64,000 nucleotides of DNA from Mesotaenium endlicherianum (Eukaryota). Below are positions 24,336 through 37,853 of this stretch, piece after piece (position 1 is the first letter of the stretch; every line of letters starts with the position of its first letter). The notes under the pieces were generated by a model. The model did not search any database. It was not told the DNA's origin and worked only from the letters and a program-made list of their open reading frames with translations. Made by a program: the position numbers and the translations under genes. The DNA is taken from the NCBI GenBank assembly GCA_009602735.1, contig WELA01001020.1, positions 234,356 to 298,355 of the forward strand, written 5' to 3'.

Positions 24336-25659
24336 GGCCCCACCAAAAGTGGTGCTGTTGAGGTGGAGGGGGGAGAGAGGAGTGGAGTGCATAGCCTCCA
24401 GCACTGCTACCTTGCACGTGTCATTGGCCTCATGTTTGGTATATGCTGATCAGGGGTCATCAGACCTGGAAAGAACGAGAAAGGGCAGGGGGGGGAAGGA
24501 TTCGCTATGTTAAGATTGGGACAACGCTGAAGCTTGAAGGTTTTGAAATGCCAGTCAGTGTAGGAATCAAGGCCAGTCTACGGTGCATAAAGTGAGCCAG
24601 TTCTAAGTGGTTGGAACGTCTCGTCTTGTAATGGGGGGTACAGCAAGTGGCTACACCCAAGTGATATTTATATTCCCAATATCTTTTCGATGAATAAATT
24701 GGCAACTCAATATATCTATGCCAGTATAGTTGCCCAATGTGTTATTGACTAGAAACTTGCAAGACCTTCATCCATTCCCCAAAATGGTCATTTTCCACTT
24801 ATAAGATCTTGCTCAAGTGGTCCATTAAAGTTGACTTCATGGGAAAAGTGCCAAAACACGTTGCGGAGCAAGGAGCCCGGTATGTGTATTTGCCTCACAG
24901 GTTGTAGTTTGCATCGATTAAAAATGTAATGTGACACTCAACCCTCATATGAGTCTTGTTTTCCACCCAAAAGGAAAAACAGACTGCCCCCCATTCATGC
25001 AAGAGGGACTGATGCAATTTGCATGCATGATGTACAGCATCATTTGAGGGACATTTAGTACCACGCGTCCTACTGGCAACTCATTCTGATACTGCACACC
25101 AATTTTCTGAAATTGAAAGTGTGCAGTTTAGAATGGTATGTGGCAACATGCACAGCATCAGCATCAGCAAGGGTGGGAAGCTACTCACAGAGTGGAACAT
25201 TCGACCACTTGCTGCCATGGTTCTTCTTCTGAAAGTTATATTCTTGCATATTTTGTCACATAACTAACAAGTTGTACGGTCAAATTTTTGTGTGAGCAAT
25301 TGTGGAAGGTAATCTGGCATCATTTGCAGTTTGCACGTGCAAGCGAAAGACGAACTTGCACTTAGTAGCGCCCATGCAAGGCATACTTGAAATGGTACTG
25401 TAGAAGAGAAGACGTCCATCAGAAAGCTCAAACATGAAGGAAAGCTGAGCCCAAGAAATGCTGCAAAACATATTTACACAAACATCATAGGCAGACGCAC
25501 ATGTTGCAATACCCACGTGCACATGCAACGTCGTGAGTTGTTGCTTCACAACCACTATCGAACTTGCCTTCCTCCTCTGGTCCCCCTCGCCCTTCTGGGA
25601 GTACGAGCTCGTGACTGCATCTGACACGGCATGGGCGTACGCCCTCGGAGATTCACACA

Positions 25660-28600
25660 TCAGGCGCAGATGTGAAGCCAGCCGTCCTGAGTGCCAATGA
25701 GGAAGAGCCGCGACAGGGGCAGCAGATGGAGGGTGCTTATGTGCGACGTCGTCATGTAGCTCCCGTCGTCACCGTACGCCAGCTTCACCGATTCTATCTT
25801 CTGCTGCACGCCCTCCTGCCAGGAGCCGAGTAGGCACAAAGCACAGAGGCATGCAAATTGAAGCTTTGAATATTTGAAATGGATTTGTTCGTTCCTATGT
25901 GGAGAGTACTCACGTGACGTCACTATTGTTCACATAAATAGACCTGACAGCAAGTCACAATCGTCTTCATCACCGGGCAGCTGTACATACATACGTTGTC
26001 ACTGTTGCCACATGCGCAGGCGTGGCAAAGGTGTAGTGAGTTTGAATGGGAAGTGTGAGGGAACTTCCTCAGATCGCGCACACAAACCCTCCCATGTCAC
26101 CTGTAGCGTTTCTGCAGGAGGCACCAGAAGGAGATGAAGCTGGGCGGATTCCAACGCAGCAACGTTACGAAACGAAGAGACTGAGATTGCCCGCCCAAGG
26201 GCTCCTTGAATAGGAGTGGCCCATCCTCACCATTTATGGAAAGTGAGGAGGGCTTGACGTGTGGCAGACCTAGGGAGGTAACCTTTCTCTCAGGGGCCCT
26301 GGCCAGGCATCAGAAAGCTGAGCAGAGGAGAGAGGCAGCTTGACCAAGTCTTCCTCTAGAGGCGTGTCCCCAACCCTCTTGCACATCAGCTCTTGTGTGC
26401 AAGCATTACACGCGGGGGTGGTTTGACGGAGCGACAGAGAGGTGGAGAGAAAAAGAGCGAGACAGGGAGGGAGGGAGGGCGAGAGGGGGGGAGCGTGCAC
26501 CTGGCCCACTTGTGAGCCCAGGACAGACGAGAGGCCCACTTTGTAGCCCGACGCCGACAGCAGGTTGCCCCGTCTCTCCGCAAAGCACGTGATACCACCT
26601 GCAGGCCCGCGATTGGTCTGCAGCAGCGCTGCCGCACCCCTGCAAGAGAGTTGCCATGTGGGCTGCAAGTCAGCGACGGTCTCATCATCGTTCACCACGG
26701 TCCTTCACCGCCCTGTGCACACACTCACCTATCCCGTCGCGTATCAGCAGCACATGCCAGAGCCCTATTCAGAAACAAACCCTACCCCCCCCCCCCTCCC
26801 CCCCCTCCTTTGCTCCCCCTTCAAATGGATTGATCGGTAGCTTCCCTGCCAACGGGGACGTGGCTCTTGATGTTTGCCCGCAAGGGGGCACACCCGCAAC
26901 TGAGGTGGCAATTTTCTCCTCTACCAGGTGGGGGCACCGGAACAGCTTCCCACTTGTGGGGCATGCGGGTGTGAACGAGCACTCGTGGGCAAGGAAGGGG
27001 CCGCCCTCTCTCCCAATGGGCAGCTCCGACTCCCTCCCCTCACTGGACTGAGGTGGAGCTCACGACAAAGGGCAGATCTCCCGTAAGAGCCCTTCCAAGG
27101 CCTGCCGCGGACGTGGCAATCGCAGCTCTTGAGCAATTGCGAACGAAGTCATGCAGCGGCTGTACACAGAGTGTCGCTCTTGGGGAGGCGACAAGGTTGC
27201 TGGTTTGGAGCACATGCCATGCCCGCATTGAAGCCACTGATGCAATTTCCCCTCTGACTCCGATCCTTGAACCTCAGAGCGCCTACTCCGCTGTTTTCTG
27301 GGGGCCATCAAAGGTAGCCCCACACTGGATTTCCCCAAGCGAAGCCATGGGAGCAAACAGCGGGCAGCGGTGTGAGCACATACGCGTATGAAAGGGTGTG
27401 TGTGTCTATGTGTGTGTGTGTGCGCGTGGGTCGTGCATGGCGATCTGCCCTTTGAGCCCCCCCTCTGCAGGCATTCAGCAGAGTAACATGGGCACGCGGA
27501 TGTGAAGAGGAGGGTCGTGGCGGGGGCTACCGCTTGGCAGGCCTTCACCATCGCCCCTCTGAATTCCATCATTAGTAAGGGGGAGGCGTGGGTGATGAGG
27601 AAGAGCACCTGCGGCGTAGATCCCAGATGGCGATCGTGCGATCGGACGAGCTGGTGGCCACCTGCCAGTCTCCAATCGTCGCCATCTGTCGTTCATTCCC
27701 ACGCACAGTCTCGACTAATTTTGAGGTCCACAAGGCACGACCGCAACCCAAGACAGCAAACGCCTCCAGCTGGCGCAGCGAACGGAGAGAGGGTGCACTT
27801 CTCACGCGTGCTTGCTGGCTGGCTGGCTGGCTGGCTTGCTCTCTCGCTCGCTGCGACGCTCTGATCCCTCCCTGCTGCTCTTGCAACGCTCTGACGCGCT
27901 GCCAGCCTGTCTGCAGGCAGAGGGAAGAGCTCTGGAGAGCTGCCTTTGCTGGCTGCACTTTCTGGCCAAGCTGGGACACTCCAGCAGAAAGCGTGCAGCT
28001 ACAGAGGCGAGAGCACGCGGCGCCAAGGGGCAGACATGCAGAGATAGAGAGGGAGAGAGAGTGAGACAGTAGAGTGCGCTTGAGAGGGACCTCGCCGGCC
28101 ATGTATATAACAGCAAGACCACATTGGCACGATGAGGAGAGTGCCAGATGGCGGAGTCTGCCAGCAGGAACACCCGCACCAATCCGGCTCGAAGAAGTTG
28201 CAGCACTGAACGAGGAGCTCCCTCTCTTACCTGTGTGATGGCCTTGGTGTGCGCGCGCCACGTGGCTATTATTTCGCCCGTCGAGCTGTCGAGCACGGAA
28301 GCGAGGCCAGACTCCAACCCCACAGCAATCCAGCTAGCAGCGCGCTGGCTGCTCTTCTCAGAGTCTCCCCATGGCCAGAGAGATGAGGAGGAGGAGGACG
28401 ACGAGCAGGAGGAGGTGGGAGAGGTTCCAGCGATGGATGTCACGCAGGCGGAAGTGGAAGAGGACAGGTGCGCATCGTCGCCGCCCGGCGTGCAGATCCA
28501 GGAAGACAGCTGGCGGCATTCGCCAAGGTCCACAAAGCTGCACCGAACGAGAAGAGCAGCAGCGGTTGCAGTGTTCAGCAGAGGAGGAGAAAGGCGGGGT

Positions 28601-31600
28601 AGGGGAGGGAAGGAATGACAACTTCCGAGACCAATCTAAAACCGTAAAGTGCAAGAACAGCACTAGCTTGGCGGCCAGCAGGCAAAAAAACGTGATGCGA
28701 GCGGCACTCGCTTGTCTCTCCCCCTCTCTATGGCTTGCTCTCTCCTACCTGCGCTCTTCCCTACACAATGGCCTCACTCTCCCCCTCTTCCCCTCCCATA
28801 CCTTGCTGAAGCAACCCCTGTTAGACTGGCCGCGGCTGTGACTCTAGCTATGGGGGGTGTGCTCCGCAGCCGCCACCTGTACATACCTACATGCTCCCTT
28901 CAAGTCCAGCTGGCTCTCTATCCTGCAGCTCCTCGCCAAGCTGGTGCGGTGCAGCTGCTCACCTGATGCGGCCATCTGTCGTTCCAACAGCCAACCGATC
29001 GGCGCCGCTCATTTCCAGCAGGCACGCGTAGTCTGCGGTCAGTCTGCCGCCTTGCAGGCGGGGGCTGCCCCAGGAGTTCAGCATGGAGGAGGGCGATCCG
29101 CCGAGCCTCAGGGTACTGCCGCCTGTACCCGGATGGACAGCTGGCAGGCTCCCGCTGGAGCCGCTTGCCAGGCTGGCAGAGAAGGCCACTGCAGCCAGCG
29201 AGAGGCTGCTGACGGCGCCAAGCGCCATGCTGCTCAGGGGGGGCCCGCCTGCTGAGCTCCTCCTGCGCGAGGGCGTGCCAGGTGCCGCAGCCCCAGGGCT
29301 GCCAGGTGGCAGGGTGCTGCTGCCCAGGCTCCTCTGGGTCTGGCTGCTGGCAGGCCCTTCCTGCAGCCCTCCTCCCTGGGCTACTGCTGCTGCTGCTGCT
29401 GCCCGGGGGCGAGGGGGCTCCTCAAAGTGGGCCAGCTTCTCGCCCGTGCTGACGTCCCATATGTGCAAGCTGCTGCCGGCAATCGATGCCGCCCGGCGCC
29501 CACCCTGGAGGGCGGCTACACCTGTCGCGCCCTGGAGGTGCCCCGTGTACTCCAGCACGCACGATCCAGAGGCCAGGTCCCAGCAGCGCACGGAGCCTGC
29601 CGCCGTCCTTGTCGACATCGTCATCTTGCTGCTCCTCCTCCTCCTCCCTCCTCCGCCAGCCCCCGAGCCTGTGCTCTTGCCACCTGGCATCAGCTCGCCT
29701 GCACTGCCGCCCCCGCCGCTCCCGCCCGTGCTGATGCTGCTGATGCTCTTATTGTCTCCGCCGCCGGTGGTGATGACAAAGCGCTCGTGCTCGCCCACAG
29801 CGGAGGTCCTGACGCCGCGGCTGTGCGCCTTCCAGCTGTGCAGGATCTGGCCACTGATCCGCCAGCTGTCCTTCCGGCGGCCTTCCACGCCGTCCCAGCC
29901 TCCCCCGCCCACAGCATTTGCCAGCGTTGAATCCTCCCCTGCAGCCACCGAGTCCTGCGGCAGGGGGGGCACCCAGTCCCAGGGCTCCTTCTTCACAGCA
30001 GCTCCCACACCACTCCCCCTTGGCAAGCCAGACCCCAAGTTCAACTCCCCACCACTCCTCCCCCGCCCGGCATCCCCTGCAGCCTGCTGTGGCGCATGCA
30101 TGTGTGCGGGGATGTCCACATAGTCGGCATGCGGGGCGCCAGTGCCAGGTGTGAGGTCCAGAGCCCCTCCCCAACCCAGTCTCTGGCCGGCGTGGTCCCC
30201 ACCCTTGGTCTCGCTCCTGCGTTTCTTCCCCCCCGCAGCATCTTGACTGCCGCCTGCATCCGCGCCGGCAAGCCATGCGCCCCCGTCCCGCCCGGCCTGC
30301 AGGGGACTGCCAGGTGTTAAGATCTTGTTGCGCGAGGTGGCACCTTTGCGGGCCTTGGGCGTGTTGGCAGCAGGCCCACTGGCGCCTTTCTTTGACCCAG
30401 GGGAGGGGGGCTTCCTGCTGGGAGAGGGGAGAGACCAGCCCGCCCCGTGGAGCAGCAGGTTGGCGGCATCTGGCGGCACCCGCGCTGGCTGTCCCCTCTC
30501 TCTTCGGGCCTCTCCCTGCAGGGGTAGATATGCGCTGCCTGACGGCTGGCGCATGTCGGGGGCGGCTGGCTCTGACCACTGTCATGCCAACATGCGCGGA
30601 TAGGACGGGAAGGGAAAGGGGGAGGGAAAGAGAGCAGAGGGAGCAGAATGTCAGTTGTCGGTCTGTACCTGCGCTTCACTCCGAGCCTGTCTGCCTGCTT
30701 TCGGCGCACGTGCGCACAAATGGAGGCGTGAGCCCACCCCATGCCTGTGCCTGCAAGCAAGGCAATTCGCTCGGCACTGTAGAAGCGCTCTACTTGCAGC
30801 CAGCTATGGATTTGCAGCCACAACAAAGCGGCCTGGTGATTGTTGGAATTCGTCTGCCCACATCCGCGGGCCACCAGAGAAAAGGAGGTGCACCGGATGA
30901 CCGCACGACGCGCATGTATGTGCTTCTCTCTGTGCACAGGCCAGCAAGCCTTGCACGAGATATTCCCCGGCAACATGTCAAGACGAGCTTGCAGCATGAA
31001 AAGAGGAAGAATGTCACTGCCAGATGCCAGTGGAGCAAGAGGAGTCCGGGATGGGGCGCATTGCGGTGCATGCTCGAACAAGCCAGAAACAGGCTAGGCA
31101 CAAGAGCTCTCTAGGTTCAGCTGGGGGAAGCTTCAACACTCCCAGCCAGCTTGACAAGGAGGCCCGCCCCTCACTGAGACACACGCACCAGCTGTATACG
31201 ACATGCACGCTTTCAGGGAAGAAAATCCGCCACACGTTATTGAGTAACCTGAAGCGGACCGCAAGATCAACGCCGGCAGTGATTGGCGGCCACGGGTGTA
31301 CATCAGACGTTTTTTCATGTGCCTGTGCTTTGTGCGACACCATGGCCTCCCGGGCAGGCATTCTCACGTGCATGGACGCGGTGACTGGCTTCATGTGCGC
31401 AGCCACGAGCCCACGCGCGCATATGCACGAAACAAACTTGAGCATGCAGGGGAGCAGAGAAAGTCCTCTGCTGCTGCTGCTGCTGGTGCTGCAGCTGCTC
31501 TTTGAGAGGGGAGGCCGAGCGCACAGCCAGATCTCATGTGCCAGGTGGCAATGCGAGGCTTGCGCGCCGCTTGGCGCGCAACAAGAGCCCCGTCATCACA

Positions 31601-34600
31601 TCGACCGCAAGTGGTCCGACTCGGTGGCACAAGTGAATTTGATTAGTGCAGGCGCAAGTGAGCTGGCGGACGCGGCCGCACAGACGACCGTACGAATGAA
31701 TGGATGGATGAAGCGGCGGATGCCCAAGTGGACGGAAGGACGGATGTGTGGGTGTGTGTGTGGGTGGGTGGGTGGGTGGATGGAAGGATATGGATGGGCG
31801 AGGAGGCAGAAAGGAGGAGGAAGAGGAGGAGGAGGTAGGAGAGAGGCCTGCCTGCCAGGAGAAGCGGCGCAATAGGGCCTGCTCCGCCTCCAGCCAGCAG
31901 GGCAGGCACGCCCGCAGCGCCGCCATGCCCGCCATCTGCGCCAGCGCCGGGTACAGCACGCGCCTGCCGCCCGCCCGCCCACCCGAGGAGCCGTGGAACC
32001 CAAGCAGAGTGAGAGAGAGGGAGAGGGAGAGTGAAGTTGAGCAACGGGTCGGCTCTGTCGTCTCTCATGAGGACGCTGCTGACAGAGGGCAAGGGAAGCA
32101 ATGGGAATGACGAGGTCAGGTACACACGGGGAGGCCTCCAGGGTGGAGAGCCGCAGGGGGGGACAAAGGGAGGGCAGCACCCCCTCCTGGTCGGCAGTGC
32201 ACCTCGAGGCAGGCGACGCCCATGAGACACACGTCAGTGCGTGCGTGCGTGTTAACGGCGTGTGCGACTGCAGGGGGCGTGCATGCATACATGCACGTGT
32301 GCATGCATAAAAGCACACTTACGTACGTAATCTCACATGCCCAGCACCAGGACTATGTACTTCACCGATGGCTGGTCCCCAACAGCGGCCGACGGAAGAT
32401 CTGGGAGGTGGGGTCAGTCAGAGCATCATGAGTGCATTCTGCGACAGACAAGCAGGCAGAGAGAAAGGCACAGGAGTCCCGTGCAGAGGGGGACAAGGGG
32501 GCCAGGGACCAGAGCCTGGAGAGAAAATGGAGCAGCTGAGGGGCGGACAAGGGAGGAAGGAGGAGCCGGGGGGAGGGGNTCCAGGAAGACAGCTGGCGGC
32601 ATTCGCCAAGGTCCACAAAGCTGCACCGAACGAGAAGAGCAGCAGCGGTTGCAGTGTTCAGCAGAGGAGGAGAAAGGCGGGGTAGGGGAGGGAAGGAATG
32701 ACAACTTCCGAGACCAATCTAAAACCGTAAAGTGCAAGAACAGCACTAGCTTGGCGGCCAGCAGGCAAAAAAACGTGATGCGAGCGGCACTCGCTTGTCT
32801 CTCCCCCTCTCTATGGCTTGCTCTCTCCTACCTGCGCTCTTCCCTACACAATGGCCTCACTCTCCCCCTCTTCCCCTCCCATACCTTGCTGAAGCAACCC
32901 CTGTTAGACTGGCCGCGGCTGTGACTCTAGCTATGGGGGGTGTGCTCCGCAGCCGCCACCTGTACATACCTACATGCTCCCTTCAAGTCCAGCTGGCTCT
33001 CTATCCTGCAGCTCCTCGCCAAGCTGGTGCGGTGCAGCTGCTCACCTGATGCGGCCATCTGTCGTTCCAACAGCCAACCGATCGGCGCCGCTCATTTCCA
33101 GCAGGCACGCGTAGTCTGCGGTCAGTCTGCCGCCTTGCAGGCGGGGGCTGCCCCAGGAGTTCAGCATGGAGGAGGGCGATCCGCCGAGCCTCAGGGTACT
33201 GCCGCCTGTACCCGGATGGACAGCTGGCAGGCTCCCGCTGGAGCCGCTTGCCAGGCTGGCAGAGAAGGCCACTGCAGCCAGCGAGAGGCTGCTGACGGCG
33301 CCAAGCGCCATGCTGCTCAGGGGGGGCCCGCCTGCTGAGCTCCTCCTGCGCGAGGGCGTGCCAGGTGCCGCAGCCCCAGGGCTGCCAGGTGGCAGGGTGC
33401 TGCTGCCCAGGCTCCTCTGGGTCTGGCTGCTGGCAGGCCCTTCCTGCAGCCCTCCTCCCTGGGCTACTGCTGCTGCTGCTGCTGCCCGGGGGCGAGGGGG
33501 CTCCTCAAAGTGGGCCAGCTTCTCGCCCGTGCTGACGTCCCATATGTGCAAGCTGCTGCCGGCAATCGATGCCGCCCGGCGCCCACCCTGGAGGGCGGCT
33601 ACACCTGTCGCGCCCTGGAGGTGCCCCGTGTACTCCAGCACGCACGATCCAGAGGCCAGGTCCCAGCAGCGCACGGAGCCTGCCGCCGTCCTTGTCGACA
33701 TCGTCATCTTGCTGCTCCTCCTCCTCCTCCCTCCTCCGCCAGCCCCCGAGCCTGTGCTCTTGCCACCTGGCATCAGCTCGCCTGCACTGCCGCCCCCGCC
33801 GCTCCCGCCCGTGCTGATGCTGCTGATGCTCTTATTGTCTCCGCCGCCGGTGGTGATGACAAAGCGCTCGTGCTCGCCCACAGCGGAGGTCCTGACGCCG
33901 CGGCTGTGCGCCTTCCAGCTGTGCAGGATCTGGCCACTGATCCGCCAGCTGTCCTTCCGGCGGCCTTCCACGCCGTCCCAGCCTCCCCCGCCCACAGCAT
34001 TTGCCAGCGTTGAATCCTCCCCTGCAGCCACCGAGTCCTGCGGCAGGGGGGGCACCCAGTCCCAGGGCTCCTTCTTCACAGCAGCTCCCACACCACTCCC
34101 CCTTGGCAAGCCAGACCCCAAGTTCAACTCCCCACCACTCCTCCCCCGCCCGGCATCCCCTGCAGCCTGCTGTGGCGCATGCATGTGTGCGGGGATGTCC
34201 ACATAGTCGGCATGCGGGGCGCCAGTGCCAGGTGTGAGGTCCAGAGCCCCTCCCCAACCCAGTCTCTGGCCGGCGTGGTCCCCACCCTTGGTCTCGCTCC
34301 TGCGTTTCTTCCCCCCCGCAGCATCTTGACTGCCGCCTGCATCCGCGCCGGCAAGCCATGCGCCCCCGTCCCGCCCGGCCTGCAGGGGACTGCCAGGTGT
34401 TAAGATCTTGTTGCGCGAGGTGGCACCTTTGCGGGCCTTGGGCGTGTTGGCAGCAGGCCCACTGGCGCCTTTCTTTGACCCAGGGGAGGGGGGCTTCCTG
34501 CTGGGAGAGGGGAGAGACCAGCCCGCCCCGTGGAGCAGCAGGTTGGCGGCATCTGGCGGCACCCGCGCTGGCTGTCCCCTCTCTCTTCGGGCCTCTCCCT

Positions 34601-37600
34601 GCAGGGGTAGATATGCGCTGCCTGACGGCTGGCGCATGTCGGGGGCGGCTGGCTCTGACCACTGTCATGCCAACATGCGCGGATAGGACGGGAAGGGAAA
34701 GGGGGAGGGAAAGAGAGCAGAGGGAGCAGAATGTCAGTTGTCGGTCTGTACCTGCGCTTCACTCCGAGCCTGTCTGCCTGCTTTCGGCGCACGTGCGCAC
34801 AAATGGAGGCGTGAGCCCACCCCATGCCTGTGCCTGCAAGCAAGGCAATTCGCTCGGCACTGTAGAAGCGCTCTACTTGCAGCCAGCTATGGATTTGCAG
34901 CCACAACAAAGCGGCCTGGTGATTGTTGGAATTCGTCTGCCCACATCCGCGGGCCACCAGAGAAAAGGAGGTGCACCGGATGACCGCACGACGCGCATGT
35001 ATGTGCTTCTCTCTGTGCACAGGCCAGCAAGCCTTGCACGAGATATTCCCCGGCAACATGTCAAGACGAGCTTGCAGCATGAAAAGAGGAAGAATGTCAC
35101 TGCCAGATGCCAGTGGAGCAAGAGGAGTCCGGGATGGGGCGCATTGCGGTGCATGCTCGAACAAGCCAGAAACAGGCTAGGCACAAGAGCTCTCTAGGTT
35201 CAGCTGGGGGAAGCTTCAACACTCCCAGCCAGCTTGACAAGGAGGCCCGCCCCTCACTGAGACACACGCACCAGCTGTATACGACATGCACGCTTTCAGG
35301 GAAGAAAATCCGCCACACGTTATTGAGTAACCTGAAGCGGACCGCAAGATCAACGCCGGCAGTGATTGGCGGCCACGGGTGTACATCAGACGTTTTTTCA
35401 TGTGCCTGTGCTTTGTGCGACACCATGGCCTCCCGGGCAGGCATTCTCACGTGCATGGACGCGGTGACTGGCTTCATGTGCGCAGCCACGAGCCCACGCG
35501 CGCATATGCACGAAACAAACTTGAGCATGCAGGGGAGCAGAGAAAGTCCTCTGCTGCTGCTGCTGCTGGTGCTGCAGCTGCTCTTTGAGAGGGGAGGCCG
35601 AGCGCACAGCCAGATCTCATGTGCCAGGTGGCAATGCGAGGCTTGCGCGCCGCTTGGCGCGCAACAAGAGCCCCGTCATCACATCGACCGCAAGTGGTCC
35701 GACTCGGTGGCACAAGTGAATTTGATTAGTGCAGGCGCAAGTGAGCTGGCGGACGCGGCCGCACAGACGACCGTACGAATGAATGGATGGATGAAGCGGC
35801 GGATGCCCAAGTGGACGGAAGGACGGATGTGTGGGTGTGTGTGTGGGTGGGTGGGTGGGTGGATGGAAGGATATGGATGGGCGAGGAGGCAGAAAGGAGG
35901 AGGAAGAGGAGGAGGAGGTAGGAGAGAGGCCTGCCTGCCAGGAGAAGCGGCGCAATAGGGCCTGCTCCGCCTCCAGCCAGCAGGGCAGGCACGCCCGCAG
36001 CGCCGCCATGCCCGCCATCTGCGCCAGCGCCGGGTACAGCACGCGCCTGCCGCCCGCCCGCCCACCCGAGGAGCCGTGGAACCCAAGCAGAGTGAGAGAG
36101 AGGGAGAGGGAGAGTGAAGTTGAGCAACGGGTCGGCTCTGTCGTCTCTCATGAGGACGCTGCTGACAGAGGGCAAGGGAAGCAATGGGAATGACGAGGTC
36201 AGGTACACACGGGGAGGCCTCCAGGGTGGAGAGCCGCAGGGGGGGACAAAGGGAGGGCAGCACCCCCTCCTGGTCGGCAGTGCACCTCGAGGCAGGCGAC
36301 GCCCATGAGACACACGTCAGTGCGTGCGTGCGTGTTAACGGCGTGTGCGACTGCAGGGGGCGTGCATGCATACATGCACGTGTGCATGCATAAAAGCACA
36401 CTTACGTACGTAATCTCACATGCCCAGCACCAGGACTATGTACTTCACCGATGGCTGGTCCCCAACAGCGGCCGACGGAAGATCTGGGAGGTGGGGTCAG
36501 TCAGAGCATCATGAGTGCATTCTGCGACAGACAAGCAGGCAGAGAGAAAGGCACAGGAGTCCCGTGCAGAGGGGGACAAGGGGGCCAGGGACCAGAGCCT
36601 GGAGAGAAAATGGAGCAGCTGAGGGGCGGACAAGGGAGGAAGGAGGAGCCGGGGGGAGGGGGGGGGGGGGTACAGCGTACACGTACAGCAGCTTCAAATT
36701 GCCACCAGGCTTGCTGGCTGACAGCCATGTGTCGCCGCTCAAGGCCGCTGCACCTGACCCTTCCCCCGCCCTCGCGAGGAGGGGGCCAGCTCCAGTCCCC
36801 GTTGGCCCCGCATTGCTTCCTCCCTCTCCTCCTCCTCCACCACCTGCTCCTCCTCCTCCTGTTGCTGCTACGGCTGCTGCAAGTGATGCTTGAGGAGGGG
36901 CCCCTGGCTGGTGGCTCCTCTGCTCCTCCTCCTCTTCTGCTTTCAGGAGGACTGCAAACAGGGGCTGGACAGCTGGCAAGGCCAAGTCGGCGGTCGCAGC
37001 CGGGCCAGCTCTCGCGCACGCCTGCAAGAAGGTGTGCGCGGCTTTCTGCAATGCACCACAGGCCGTGCAGATGAGAGGAAGTCAGAACAAGCAGCGACGC
37101 CCTGCGAGCAGGCACACGGCCCAGCCCAGGAAAGCAAGCAAAAGCTGCCGAGGCTGGGAGGGGAGGAGGAGGAGGAGGAGGAGGCAGAGGGCGGGCACGC
37201 CAAGCTTGTTGCCACTGGTGGCCTGAGGCCTGAGCCGTGAGCCCCACACAACAGCAGCAGCAGGCCCTGAGAGGGGAGGGTGAGGGTGAGGTTGAGGTCC
37301 CCCTTCATGGCACGAGCAAACGGAATCAAACGTACAGGTGGGAGCCTGCAGGTTGAACAGAAACACACGTCAGTGTGCATGCGTGCACACACACTCACAT
37401 ACGCACACACACACACACCTGCTGCAGCGAGGAGGTGCGCGCAGGGTTGAGCAGCACCTCCAGCAGCACGTTGTCCTCCTCCTGCCCGCCCCCTCACCAC
37501 CGCAGACACCCCTCCCCTTACCGGTGAGAGGGAGGAAGAGAGTTAGACAATTGTGATCTTTCTGGAAAGTAGTCGACTGACAGCCCGTCCTGCACGATTG

Positions 37601-37801
37601 CGCGACACAACGACCAAGACTCTTTAGGGGAGAGGCTCCAAGGAGGGAGACGGGGGCGGCCAGAGGCAGAGGATGCAGCTCACATGACTTGATTCACACT
37701 GCTTCAGGGCAGAAAATAATGATTTCTTCCAGCACATAACACAGCTCCCTACCACAGCTTCAACACGTAAGTCCGCACACGCACGCGCACACGCACGCGC
37801 G

Positions 37802-37853
<52 letters not shown>

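Noticed and set aside
26820..27360. Complex, coding-like sequence in a GFS12 intron (similar at 42100-42400 and 21030-21170)
   Set aside because: Multiple stops, no recognisable motif and no consistent splice signals; cannot be supported without a database search.
29083..30123. Long plus-strand ORFs opposite GFS12 exons (also 44270-45346, 45419-46249, 37853-39028)
   Set aside because: Shadow ORFs of GC-rich coding or low-complexity sequence; no recognisable motifs.
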